Below are positions 20,181 to 29,752 of a stretch of 64,000 nucleotides of DNA, piece after piece; position 1 is the first letter of the stretch, and each line of letters begins with the position of its first letter. Origin of the DNA: Bacteriovoracaceae bacterium (GTDB lineage Bacteria; Bdellovibrionota; Bacteriovoracia; Bacteriovoracales; Bacteriovoracaceae); the NCBI GenBank assembly GCA_048270185.1, contig JBLWTJ010000001.1:1440001-1504000 (forward strand), given 5' to 3'. The notes under the pieces are model-generated. The model worked only from the letters and a program-made list of their open reading frames with translations, was not told the DNA's origin and searched no databases. Both the position numbers and the translations under genes were made by a program.

Positions 20181-20984
20181 ATGAGACAAAATTTTGCAAC
20201 AATTTTTACTCTTCTTAGTTTAACTCTTCTTGGTGTTTCGTGTGCGTCTTCGCAACAAGATAATGAAGAAAAAAAAGCTGACCTGTATTATACATACGGG
20301 ACACAAAAATTAATTGATAAGGATTATACACAAGCATTAGAGGCCTTGCTAAATGCTAACAAGCTAAAGCCTAATGATACAAAAACTTTAAATAACTTAG
20401 GACTTGCTTATTTCTTTAAGAAAAGACCAGAGAAAGCAAAACACTATTTCAATAAAGCAATTAAGGTAGATAACAAAAACTCTGATGCAAGAAATAACTT
20501 AGCTTCAATCTACTTTGAAGAAGGCAACCTTAAAGCCGCTGAGTCACAATACAAAGAAGTTTTAAAAGATCTTGTTTATCGCTATACATACCGAATTCAA
20601 TACAACCTTGCTCTAATCGAATTAAAACGAGGAAATAAGCAAAAAGCAATTAACTACCTTGATCAAGTGATGGGTTATACACTTGACTACTGTCCAGCTT
20701 CATATCAACTAGCAATGATCTATAAGAATGCAGGAAAAATGAATGAAGCAATTAAGAATTTCAATATTGCGACAACAGGTAAATGCGAAAGTGAGCCAGC
20801 TCCTTTATATGAGCTTGGAGACCTTTATCATAAATTAGGAGAGGACAAGAAGGCCCTTGATAAATTTACAAAAGTTATCGAGTCTTTCCCTCGTAGTGAG
20901 TATGCTAAACATAGTCTTGTCATTAAGAATCAATTAGTGAAAAAAGTATACTTAACGAATAAGTATAAGAACAACACTTTATAA
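20181..20984 (+). CDS. TPR lipoprotein (PilF/PilW/Tgl pilotin-like)
   Basis: Lipobox GVSC, multiple TPRs (NNLGLAY, NNLASIY), adjacent to a rodZ-like gene as in pilF-rodZ loci. Confidence 0.75.
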   Translation: MRQNFATIFTLLSLTLLGVSCASSQQDNEEKKADLYYTYGTQKLIDKDYTQALEALLNANKLKPNDTKTLNNLGLAYFFKKRPEKAKHYFNKAIKVDNKNSDARNNLASIYFEEGNLKAAESQYKEVLKDLVYRYTYRIQYNLALIELKRGNKQKAINYLDQVMGYTLDYCPASYQLAMIYKNAGKMNEAIKNFNIATTGKCESEPAPLYELGDLYHKLGEDKKALDKFTKVIESFPRSEYAKHSLVIKNQLVKKVYLTNKYKNNTL

Positions 20985-21003
20985 ACAATAAGAAGGCGTT
21001 TAA

Positions 21004-22131
21004 ATGGAACAGGAAGTTGCAAACGAAGCCCACAATGAATCTCAAACTCTTGGAAAATATTTACAAGCGGCAAGAGATAAGAAGAAACTAAGCATTGAAG
21101 CTGTTTCTAGGCATACACGTATTAATCTAACTAACCTTTCAGCACTTGAAGCTGATGATATCCAAAGGTTACCGAATATTGCATACGTTAGGGGTTTTGT
21201 TAAAACACTAGCGAAAACCTATGACCTCAATGTTGATGAAGCGACAAATAAACTTGAAGTTCTCTATGGCGTTCAAGCTGGAGATACTCAAAAACTAAAA
21301 GCAAAGGACTTCCCTCAAGCTCAAGTTCAAGACAAGCAAGATGTCGTAGCTAAGAAAGTTCAGATCTCAGATAGTTTAAAATATAAGGCAATTAGCGCTA
21401 TTGCAGCAGTTTCTGTAGGTATATTCATTTATATCAATTTAGATAAAACTAAAGAAGTTGATACTCAAGAAACCGCTAAGGAAGTTGTTGTCGAGGCACA
21501 AGTTATTTCTGACGAGTCTCCAATGTCTGAAGCTCAACAAGAAGAGCAAGAAGCTAAGACTGAAGTCGTAGAAGAAGTTAAACAAGAACCAGCGCCAGAA
21601 CCTGAACAAAAAACCGTCGTCGTTAAAGAAAAGGTTGAAGAACCTAAAAAAGAAACTGAGAAAGAAACTAAAGAAAAAGAAGACGAAGAAATAAATTTTT
21701 ATAGTCTTCCTAGCCCACTCTTTGCTTTTAAAGATATTTCAGAAGATGACAAGAATGAAATAATCCCTGCCAATATTAGAGCGGCTTATGAAGAAGGCAA
21801 ACAAAATGTTTTCTTGAAATCTTCATCAGGTGATTCATGGATTGTTTATAAAAAAGATGATGATCCTATTAAGAAGTTCACTCTTACAGAAGGACGCTAT
21901 GTTCTAATCAAAGGAGACCGTGTTCTTCTAAGACTTGGTAATATCAATGCTATGGATGTTTTCTACAATGACGAACTACTAGGGATGACTTCACGCTCAG
22001 GTGTAAAAAGTCTTATCTTTCCTGTTGAAATTGCAAAAGAATACAAACTTCCACTTTTCATTTTTAACAAAGATGGAAGTGTTCAAACTTCAAAAGAATA
22101 TCTTGAAGAAAAAAAGAAATCAGACGATTAG
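21004..22131 (+). CDS. rodZ: RodZ-like helix-turn-helix membrane protein
   Basis: LG.YL..AR....S...V...TRI....L.ALE...LP...YVRGFV; single TM; acidic linker; C-terminal SW..../LRLGN domain. Confidence 0.8.
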   Translation: MEQEVANEAHNESQTLGKYLQAARDKKKLSIEAVSRHTRINLTNLSALEADDIQRLPNIAYVRGFVKTLAKTYDLNVDEATNKLEVLYGVQAGDTQKLKAKDFPQAQVQDKQDVVAKKVQISDSLKYKAISAIAAVSVGIFIYINLDKTKEVDTQETAKEVVVEAQVISDESPMSEAQQEEQEAKTEVVEEVKQEPAPEPEQKTVVVKEKVEEPKKETEKETKEKEDEEINFYSLPSPLFAFKDISEDDKNEIIPANIRAAYEEGKQNVFLKSSSGDSWIVYKKDDDPIKKFTLTEGRYVLIKGDRVLLRLGNINAMDVFYNDELLGMTSRSGVKSLIFPVEIAKEYKLPLFIFNKDGSVQTSKEYLEEKKKSDD

Positions 22132-22132
22132 T

Positions 22133-23311
22133 CTAAGAATTCCAATCTAATTTCTTATAATAATTAATTCCAATAGCTCCTGTGATTACCGCTGGTAAGA
22201 AGAGGACTATTGGGATTGGTATACTTGATTTCTTGGCCAATGAGATTCCGGAGAAATAAAGGCCGTAGTAAATGATTGTCACTACGAGAGCAAGTGCAGA
22301 TGTATTCTTTGTTGCTCCTCTCCCCTTTTTTACACCAAAAACGTAACCAAGTAGAGCGAAGATTACACATTGAATAGGTATTGTATAACGTCCCCAATAT
22401 TCTATATTACCTTTTCGAATATCATCGATAAGATTCTTTTTATGTGCTTCATTTTGTGCGTTTTCTAATTGTCCATTTAAACTTCTTAAATGCCTACGAA
22501 GTTCTTTTGATGACATCATCGAAACTTTATTAACAAAACCGGCCTGACGATTTGAGATAATAGGATACTCATATTTTTCAAATAATATTTTTTCGACTTC
22601 TTTACCCTTGCTATCAATCGTGATGATACTTCCATTGTAAAAATCGAATCTAACATTAAATGAACTTTGCGCTTCTTTACTTCCCTTATTAAGAATTCCC
22701 TTCTTGGCCATAATCACTTTATCTTGTGACTTCCCTGATGTTATCTTCAAGAATACATCTTCTAAAACTTTTCCATCATCCTTAACATCCTCAGCAAAGA
22801 GAATAACCCCAGGAATATCAGTAAAGAATTTTTCCTTCTTAATATCAGTAAGAATTCCTTGGGAACCAAGCTGCAGAAATGTGTTTCTAAAAATCTTTTT
22901 TGAAGTTGGTATCAAATTCGTATTTAAAGAGACAACAGAAACAGCAATAAGCAGTGAAATTAAAAAATACGGTGCAAATATTTTGTATTTATTAATTCCC
23001 ATTGCCCTCAGAGCAACAATCTCAGAGTCTTCACTCAATTTATTTAATGTATAAATCATTGAGAATAAAATCGATAGCGGTGTGGCTATTGGAATAAAAC
23101 TAATTGAGATATGACCTAGAACCTCTAAGAACTGTAAAATACCCACATCTTTTTTGGTTACTAAGGGCATGAATTTAAAGAGTTGAGTCGTTAAAAGAAA
23201 TGCCACAAAGAAAGTTAGACTCATCGCAAAAGGAATAATGAAGTTTGACGCAAGGTATCTCTGGAAGATCTTATATGGAATAATATCTTTTAATCTTTTA
23301 ACTGCGTCCAT
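22133..23311 (-). CDS. lptF: LPS export ABC transporter permease (LptF/LptG family)
   Basis: IFQRYL, P.S.L......KLSEDSEIVALRAMGI; divergent from pepA as in other Gram-negatives; likely start 23311 (track ORF extends to 23410). Confidence 0.82.
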   Translation of the reverse strand: MDAVKRLKDIIPYKIFQRYLASNFIIPFAMSLTFFVAFLLTTQLFKFMPLVTKKDVGILQFLEVLGHISISFIPIATPLSILFSMIYTLNKLSEDSEIVALRAMGINKYKIFAPYFLISLLIAVSVVSLNTNLIPTSKKIFRNTFLQLGSQGILTDIKKEKFFTDIPGVILFAEDVKDDGKVLEDVFLKITSGKSQDKVIMAKKGILNKGSKEAQSSFNVRFDFYNGSIITIDSKGKEVEKILFEKYEYPIISNRQAGFVNKVSMMSSKELRRHLRSLNGQLENAQNEAHKKNLIDDIRKGNIEYWGRYTIPIQCVIFALLGYVFGVKKGRGATKNTSALALVVTIIYYGLYFSGISLAKKSSIPIPIVLFLPAVITGAIGINYYKKLDWNS

Positions 23312-23412
23312 GTAACCCTTTGCCGACTGTTGTGATTCTTTGTCTTTTTGTATACTTACTGTTAGTTTATACCCTCTTAATTCACTTTGAAACCCCCTTT
23401 TAAGGAGCAAAT

Positions 23413-24918
23413 ATGAAATTCACTCTGAATTTAAATGCAAAAGAAATTTCAAGTGCTGATTGTTACGTTATTAGCGCTTACTCAAAAACAGAAACTAAAG
23501 GCAAGAAAGAAGTTACAACTGTAGCTCTTACAGGTTGGCCAAAAGAGCTTAAAGCAGCTTTTGAATCAATGAAAAGTTCAGAAGCTTATACTGGAGCAAA
23601 AGGGACGACTTATAAATTTAACCTCTTTGGAAGCGATGTATTAGTTGTCGGACTTGGAGAGAAAGCCAAAGTTACTTCTGAAGATATCAGAAAAGAATTA
23701 GCTAAAGCATATAAGCTACTTGCTGATTACAAAACTATTGCTGTATCTCTTGATAGCTTCACTTTTAAATCAAAGAAAGAAGAGTCAATTGCTATCCTTG
23801 TTGAAGCATTCGAACTATCTGCTTATAAATTTGATAAGTACCTATCAGACTCTAAACCAGCTAATCTAAAAGAAGTTATTCTTGATACTGCTGAAAAAAC
23901 TGCAAAGAAGAAAGCATTTGAAACTGCTGTAAAGAATGCCCAATTTGTAACGGAATCAATCAATGTTGGACGTGACTTTGTAAATGAGCCACCAAACGTT
24001 CTACGTTCAACTGAATATGCAAAGCGTGTTAAGAAAGATGTTGAAGGTATTCCAGGTGTTAAATGTAAAATTCTTGGAAACAAAGAACTAAAGAAAGAGA
24101 AGATGGATCTATTTCTATCTGTAAACGCTGGTTCTGCTTTCGAAGCTCAACTTGTACACTTAACTTACACTCCATCAAAAGCGAACAAGAATACAAAGCA
24201 CATTGCTTTCGTAGGAAAAGGACTAGTATTTGATACAGGTGGATATTCATTAAAGCCAGGTGGTTCAATGATGAATATGAAATTTGATATGGCCGGTTCG
24301 GCAACTGTCTTTGCTGCTTTTAGAGCTGCGGCACTTATGAAGTTAAACGTTAAGATCACTTGTATCTTAGGTATGACAGATAATGCAGTTAACTCTCATG
24401 CAACAATGCCAGATTCAATCGTAAAAGCAAGAAATGGTAAAACTGTTGAGATCCTAAATACTGATGCAGAAGGACGTCTTGTACTTGCAGATTGTCTTGA
24501 CTACGCTTGTGACCAAAAGCCAGATGCAATCATCGACGCTGCAACTCTTACAGGAGCATGTCTTGTTGCTCTTGGAACAGAAGTTTGTGGTCTTATGTCT
24601 AATGATAAAAAACTTGCGGCAAACCTACTAAAATCAGCTGAAACAGCAGATGAGTATATGTGGCAACTTCCAATCATCCCAGAGTGGACAAAAGATATGA
24701 AAGGAACTATTTCAGATCTTAAGAATATTGGTGGTTCTTCTTTCGGTGGGACAGCGAAAGCTGCAGCCTTCCTACAAGAATTCATTAAAGATGATATTGC
24801 ATGGGCACACCTTGATATCGCAGGTTGTGGTGACTCTCAAGCTCATCTACCATACTGTCCACCAAAAGGTGCCTCAGGAACAGTAGTTAGATCTCTTGTT
24901 GAGTTCTTAAAGCAGTAA
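23413..24918 (+). CDS. pepA: Leucyl aminopeptidase (M17)
   Basis: VGKGLVFDTGG..LK, MKFDMAG, NTDAEGRLVLAD, ATLTGA, WAHLDIAG. Confidence 0.96.
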   Translation: MKFTLNLNAKEISSADCYVISAYSKTETKGKKEVTTVALTGWPKELKAAFESMKSSEAYTGAKGTTYKFNLFGSDVLVVGLGEKAKVTSEDIRKELAKAYKLLADYKTIAVSLDSFTFKSKKEESIAILVEAFELSAYKFDKYLSDSKPANLKEVILDTAEKTAKKKAFETAVKNAQFVTESINVGRDFVNEPPNVLRSTEYAKRVKKDVEGIPGVKCKILGNKELKKEKMDLFLSVNAGSAFEAQLVHLTYTPSKANKNTKHIAFVGKGLVFDTGGYSLKPGGSMMNMKFDMAGSATVFAAFRAAALMKLNVKITCILGMTDNAVNSHATMPDSIVKARNGKTVEILNTDAEGRLVLADCLDYACDQKPDAIIDAATLTGACLVALGTEVCGLMSNDKKLAANLLKSAETADEYMWQLPIIPEWTKDMKGTISDLKNIGGSSFGGTAKAAAFLQEFIKDDIAWAHLDIAGCGDSQAHLPYCPPKGASGTVVRSLVEFLKQ

Positions 24919-24926
24919 TTAAAAGT

Positions 24927-25403
24927 ATGAGTAAAGAAGCAATTTTTAATATTGTTCTATATGCGCCTGATATTCCCGGTAATACCGGGAGTATTGGGCG
25001 TACTTGTATTGCACTTGGAGCGCGTCTAGTTCTGATCAAGCCTTACGGTTTTGAATTATCAGAGAAGGCCGTTCGTCGTGCAGGACTTGATTATTGGAAG
25101 TATGTTGAAGTTGCCGAATACGAAAATTGGGATGAGTTTCTTGAAAACGAAGGCCCAAATGAAGAGGATTTATTCTTTTATACAAAGACCGCCATTGAAA
25201 ATCACTTCTATGGACGTAATTATACCAAAGGTTGCTACCTTGTCTTTGGTTCAGAAACGAAAGGGCTACCAAAGCATATCTTTGATAGCTACCCTAATCG
25301 TCTATTTTGTCTTCCGATGTTTTCAGAACATGTGAGATCGTTAAATCTCTCAAATGTGGCCACGGCCGTGGCCTACGAAGCTTTAAGAGTTATTCAATAC
25401 TAG
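24927..25403 (+). CDS. trmL: tRNA (cytidine34-2'-O)-methyltransferase
   Basis: P.IP.NTG.IGR.C, RRAGLDYW, FG.ETKGLP, RSLNLSN. Confidence 0.93.
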   Translation: MSKEAIFNIVLYAPDIPGNTGSIGRTCIALGARLVLIKPYGFELSEKAVRRAGLDYWKYVEVAEYENWDEFLENEGPNEEDLFFYTKTAIENHFYGRNYTKGCYLVFGSETKGLPKHIFDSYPNRLFCLPMFSEHVRSLNLSNVATAVAYEALRVIQY

Positions 25404-26386
25404 AAGAAGTAACCCATACCTAAAGTAATTCTCCACTGATCAAGCTCAATATCTTGATTCGTTAATTTAAGTGTTCCATCTGCTAAATAATCAATTCCAA
25501 AAGTAACATCCATTCCCGCTTCACGGTAACCAAAGTCAAGTGATGTATAAAGTTGTTCTGATGAAGTATTATCGATTTCAAGTTTACGATAATCAACTCC
25601 AGGAGTTACATAGAGATACTTCGTAAAAAGATACTCAACATCAAAATTAAACTTCATTCTCGTATAATCACCTGACACATAGTAGATATCACCAAATTCA
25701 TATTCAATGTCAGTATCGAATTCAAAATCATGATACTTTCTTGTTGCTCCAATAAAGAATTCATAAAGATCACCACGTTCTTGTGCTAGGCTATTGGCCT
25801 TAAAGATTGCACCGGCTTCTGCAGATAGTACTTCATCTTGATAACCTGCTCCGAATGTATAGCTATTAAAGTGACCATCTCTTTGAGTACTCGCTTTATT
25901 GTAACGATAGGCTCCTGCTAAGCTTACATTATTATTAATATTGTACACAGCCGATGCTTCAATATCATAAGAGTTAAAATTATTATCAAGGTCTCTTTCA
26001 ATATTGCGATAACCTAGTCCAAAAGAAATTGCATCTATTGGTCTAAAACCAAGTAAAAGAAGAGCTTCTCTATTATGTCCGATTTCACTTTGAATAGGCT
26101 GAGTTTCAGTGAATCCAACCGTATCATTATACGAAAACTCAGCAGAGAAAACGCGATTGGCGAATGCTCCATCAATATCAAAGTCAGATGAATCAACGGC
26201 ATCGACATTAGCAATATCAGCACTACCACCCTTAAATTGAGTATTAAAGAATTGTCTACGATCATTGGCAACGGCCATTGAAGACTTATGTCTCGTTTTA
26301 CCGTCTTTTGAAATCTCTGGCATAATTCTATTGGCCAAAGTTGTTGAAGAAATTAGAATTGAAAAGATTATTAAGCGTGTTTTCAT
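25400..26386 (-). CDS. Outer-membrane beta-barrel, paralog A
   Basis: Signal peptide; NRIMPEISKDGKT; YVTPG, DFGYR; C-terminal MGYFF. Confidence 0.8.
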   Translation of the reverse strand: MKTRLIIFSILISSTTLANRIMPEISKDGKTRHKSSMAVANDRRQFFNTQFKGGSADIANVDAVDSSDFDIDGAFANRVFSAEFSYNDTVGFTETQPIQSEIGHNREALLLLGFRPIDAISFGLGYRNIERDLDNNFNSYDIEASAVYNINNNVSLAGAYRYNKASTQRDGHFNSYTFGAGYQDEVLSAEAGAIFKANSLAQERGDLYEFFIGATRKYHDFEFDTDIEYEFGDIYYVSGDYTRMKFNFDVEYLFTKYLYVTPGVDYRKLEIDNTSSEQLYTSLDFGYREAGMDVTFGIDYLADGTLKLTNQDIELDQWRITLGMGYFF

Positions 26387-26426
26387 TAGTCCCTCTATTA
26401 TTTATTTAAGATAATACTAGAGAAAT

Positions 26427-26450
26427 AAAAAAGGGAGGTCAAAGCCTCCC
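26427..26450 (-). terminator. Intrinsic terminator of paralog B
   Basis: GGGAGG-6nt-CCTCCC followed by T6 on the minus strand. Confidence 0.75.
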
Positions 26451-26473
26451 CCAATCTATTTTTTCAAGTAAAA

Positions 26474-27442
26474 TTAGAATTTATATCCTAAATTCACTGT
26501 CCATGCCTCAGATGAGCCATAATCACTACTATAAATAAATGATAACCCTGCATTTGCATCAAGACCGTTAGAACGGAATCCGAATAATGCATTCACGCTA
26601 GCTAGATCGATGTCACTAGTAGTGCCAGGTTGATCATTTGAAGCATATTCAAGACCTGGAGTTAGGTAGAATCTATCAAATAAGAATTCTGCATCAAAAC
26701 TTAATATAATATTACTATAATCATTATCTGCATTTGTAGTTACATCAAGATAATCACCACCTAAGTACCTTAATCTAGCATCTAATTCGATATTATTCAT
26801 AATCTTAGTAATGCTACCAAAAATACCATAACGAACACCACCATTATAGTCTTCGTCACCAGCAGTTAAATAATATAAACCTGCTTCCCAAGAATAATCT
26901 TTATCTTGATCTCCAATTGCAGCTTTCAATTCATTATAACCACCTTCTGCAAGAGTAGCACTTACAACATGAAAAGCGACAGAGGCACCAAAAGTATAAC
27001 CATTCGACTTAATTGCTATTCCAAGCTCTAGAGCACTATCATCAACCGTTTCAGTTAGATCTTGATATAGAAATCCAAAACCAAAAGCGACATCGTCAGA
27101 AAAACGATAGCCCATTAATAAATTCATCGAATCAGTATCTCGTCTACTTCCATTTGAAGATTCAATATCTAAAGAGCCACGATTTGCTTCAAGCGTGAAG
27201 GCTCCATTAGTAAATCCTCCATAGAGATTAAAAGTATTATAATCAGCTTCAACTCCTGCTGAATTAGCTCCAATTGTAAGAACGCCTGTGTCGGCCCCAA
27301 TGAAATTTCTATCTTGTTGTGCAACTGCAAGAACTGATCTATTTCTAGTTTTTCCATCTCTTGAAATTTCTGGCATTAAAATATTGGCATAAGCCGAAGT
27401 TGAAATTGCAGCAAGTGCAAGCATACTTAAGATTCTCTTCAA
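26474..27442 (-). CDS. Outer-membrane beta-barrel, paralog B
   Basis: TTG start at 27442 after RBS GGAGG; NILMPEISRDGKT; FYLTPG; C-terminal LGYKF. Confidence 0.8.
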   Translation of the reverse strand: MKRILSMLALAAISTSAYANILMPEISRDGKTRNRSVLAVAQQDRNFIGADTGVLTIGANSAGVEADYNTFNLYGGFTNGAFTLEANRGSLDIESSNGSRRDTDSMNLLMGYRFSDDVAFGFGFLYQDLTETVDDSALELGIAIKSNGYTFGASVAFHVVSATLAEGGYNELKAAIGDQDKDYSWEAGLYYLTAGDEDYNGGVRYGIFGSITKIMNNIELDARLRYLGGDYLDVTTNADNDYSNIILSFDAEFLFDRFYLTPGLEYASNDQPGTTSDIDLASVNALFGFRSNGLDANAGLSFIYSSDYGSSEAWTVNLGYKF

Positions 27443-27517
27443 ATCTTCCTCCATGAAGTTTATCAAGTTAAATAAATATAATATTTTAATTATAGAGCAC
27501 TTAAGAAAAGATGAAAG

Positions 27518-27543
27518 AAAAAAAGGGACCTTATTGATCCCTT
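27518..27543 (-). terminator. Intrinsic terminator of paralog C
   Basis: AAGGGATC-aataa-GGTCCCTT plus T-run on the minus strand. Confidence 0.7.
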
Positions 27544-27559
27544 AATTGTGTTCAATTGT

Positions 27560-28423
27560 TTAAAAGAAGTAAGCGGCGTTAATTTTCCATTGAATACCAT
27601 CGCGTCGATCATTATCCGAAATAATATAATCAAGGCCAATAGTTGCATCAATCTGATTAGCACGATAACCAAAATCACCAGAGACACCTAGATAATCATT
27701 ATCGTTATTTCCAATATCTTGGTAATCAAAGAAGACTCCAGGTGTAACGTAGAACTGTTTCTCCACAAGTAACTCTGCATCGAAGTTCACAGCAATTGTT
27801 GTGTAATTATTACGAGTTCCAAATTCAATATCACCATCTAATTCGATATTATTAACAACTTTAGTTGCTCCAGCAAATACTGTAATCAGATCATCCTCAT
27901 TATCATTTAAATCATAGAAGATCCCTGCTTCCCAGCTAAGCTCTTTAGTGCTTTGACCTAGCCCGAAGGTTAACCTAAAATTATCATCGGCATTGTCACG
28001 AAAATTTGCAGTGACTGATCCTCCAAGAGTTAGCTCCCCCATATTTGTCACTAGACCCACTTCAACAGAAGGATCATCAACGAAGTCATTAGCTGATAGA
28101 CCTAGGGCCAAGGCCATTTTCTCACTCATTCGGTAACCAAGCTTTACATCATAGTAATCGTTATCAAATAGGTCATCATCAAAATCAACATCCGCTTCTA
28201 ATGATAATTTATCTTTAAATGCTCCACCAAAGAGTTGAATATTTTCTCCTCGATAATCACCATCATGAAGTTCACCTCCCACAAAATTACGCTTTTGATT
28301 TGCGACTGAAAGAGCTGAACGATTTAAAGTTTTACCATCTCTCGAAGTTTCAGGAACGATTGTATTAGCAAAAGCTGTCGTCGAAAGCACAGCTAGAATA
28401 ATTGAATTCATTAGAATCTTCAT
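27560..28423 (-). CDS. Outer-membrane beta-barrel, paralog C
   Basis: Signal peptide; NTIVPETSRDGKT; FYVTPG, DFGYRAN; C-terminal AAYFF. Confidence 0.8.
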   Translation of the reverse strand: MKILMNSIILAVLSTTAFANTIVPETSRDGKTLNRSALSVANQKRNFVGGELHDGDYRGENIQLFGGAFKDKLSLEADVDFDDDLFDNDYYDVKLGYRMSEKMALALGLSANDFVDDPSVEVGLVTNMGELTLGGSVTANFRDNADDNFRLTFGLGQSTKELSWEAGIFYDLNDNEDDLITVFAGATKVVNNIELDGDIEFGTRNNYTTIAVNFDAELLVEKQFYVTPGVFFDYQDIGNNDNDYLGVSGDFGYRANQIDATIGLDYIISDNDRRDGIQWKINAAYFF

Positions 28424-28511
28424 ATAACTCCCCTTTAAATAATTATGATAATTAAATAAATGGAATAAGAAAATGTAGACAATGATTTAAATAGGTGAAG
28501 ATTTAGTTAAT

Positions 28512-28537
28512 AAAAAAGGGAGACCTAAGTCTCCCTT
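28512..28537 (-). terminator. Intrinsic terminator of paralog D
   Basis: AAGGGAGAC-4nt-GTCTCCCTT plus T-run. Confidence 0.8.
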
Positions 28538-28566
28538 CACGTATATTCTAAATTTTAAAATTAAAA

Positions 28567-29604
28567 TTAGAAGTTGTAAGCTACGTTAACTTTCCATGCT
28601 AGTCTGTCGAAATCAACATCTGCTAAGTCTGTTGGATCTGTACTTTCGTAGTTTGAAGATAGATCATAATCAATACCAAAAGTAGCATCAACTCTATTAG
28701 CTCTGTAACCAAAGTCTGCAGATAGACCAAGTCTCGAAACTGTTTCATAACTTTCTTCTTTGTTTGAATAGTAAAGACCTGGAGTAATGTAGAACATTTT
28801 CCCTACAAGGAACTCAGCATCAACATTGAAGTCAAGGTTTGAGTAATCATTGTTTGCACCAGCTGCTGGAGTTGCGTAAGCATCACCACTTGCATAAGTT
28901 AGGTCAGCATCGATTTCGATGTTGTTGATAACTTTTGTCATACCAGCGAAAAGCTCCCACTTAGAACCCATGTTGAATTCAGTTGCAGCATCACCACTTT
29001 CCATATGATAGTTAAGACCTGCTTCCCATGACATATTATTTGCGTTTGAACCAACACCAACAGTTAATGTATTCCAGCTATCATCCTTATTTCCTTGCTC
29101 TTTTGAGTTAATTCCAAAAGAAAGACCAAGAGTTAAATCAGCCATGTTGTATGAAGCAGCGATTTCGATTCTTGAAGTATCGATTTCAGTATTTACTCCA
29201 CCACTGATGCTATCTTCAGAACCCATTGTGTAACCAAGACCAACAGCAATTTGCTTGTTGATTCTGTATCCAGCAAGAAGTGAATATTCGCTGTTATCTT
29301 CTGATGGATCACCAGTTTCTTCTGAATCACCCATGTTGATATCAGCTTCTACAGTAATCATTTTATTTGCCCAACCACCATAAAAGTTTAAGTTAGTTGT
29401 GTCTTCTTCAGCAGGAGTTGTTGTATCGAACTCAAGATTTGCTGAGTTGTACTCACCAGCTACGAAAGTTCTCATTTGTTGAGTTGTAGCGATAGCTGAA
29501 GAGTTTTTAGTTTTTCCGTCACGTGAAGTTTCAGGAACGATTGTGTTTGCGAATGCAGCCGATGAAAGTACTGCTAAAGCGATAACGCCTGTGATTTTTT
29601 TCAA
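28567..29604 (-). CDS. Outer-membrane beta-barrel, paralog D
   Basis: TTG start after RBS AAGGAG; NTIVPETSRDGKT; FYITPG, DFGYRAN; C-terminal VAYNF. Confidence 0.8.
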   Translation of the reverse strand: MKKITGVIALAVLSSAAFANTIVPETSRDGKTKNSSAIATTQQMRTFVAGEYNSANLEFDTTTPAEEDTTNLNFYGGWANKMITVEADINMGDSEETGDPSEDNSEYSLLAGYRINKQIAVGLGYTMGSEDSISGGVNTEIDTSRIEIAASYNMADLTLGLSFGINSKEQGNKDDSWNTLTVGVGSNANNMSWEAGLNYHMESGDAATEFNMGSKWELFAGMTKVINNIEIDADLTYASGDAYATPAAGANNDYSNLDFNVDAEFLVGKMFYITPGLYYSNKEESYETVSRLGLSADFGYRANRVDATFGIDYDLSSNYESTDPTDLADVDFDRLAWKVNVAYNF

Positions 29605-29707
29605 AACTTACTCCTTGTTTTGTTTTATTCTAACTAGTTGTCTAGTTCGTTTTTTAATTTATTTATTAAATTATACTCTTTTTATTTTTCTGTGCAAATT
29701 TTTAATA

Positions 29708-29733
29708 GAAAGGCCATGAATCTTTCATGGCCT
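29708..29733 (-). terminator. Terminator hairpin of popA-like gene
   Basis: AGGCCATGAA-3nt-TTCATGGCCT 10-bp stem about 20 nt after the stop. Confidence 0.7.
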
Positions 29734-29752
29734 CGGTAATCATTTATTCAAA

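Noticed and set aside
21480..21700. Glu/Lys-rich repetitive coding stretch
   Set aside because: Ordinary disordered linker of RodZ-like proteins.
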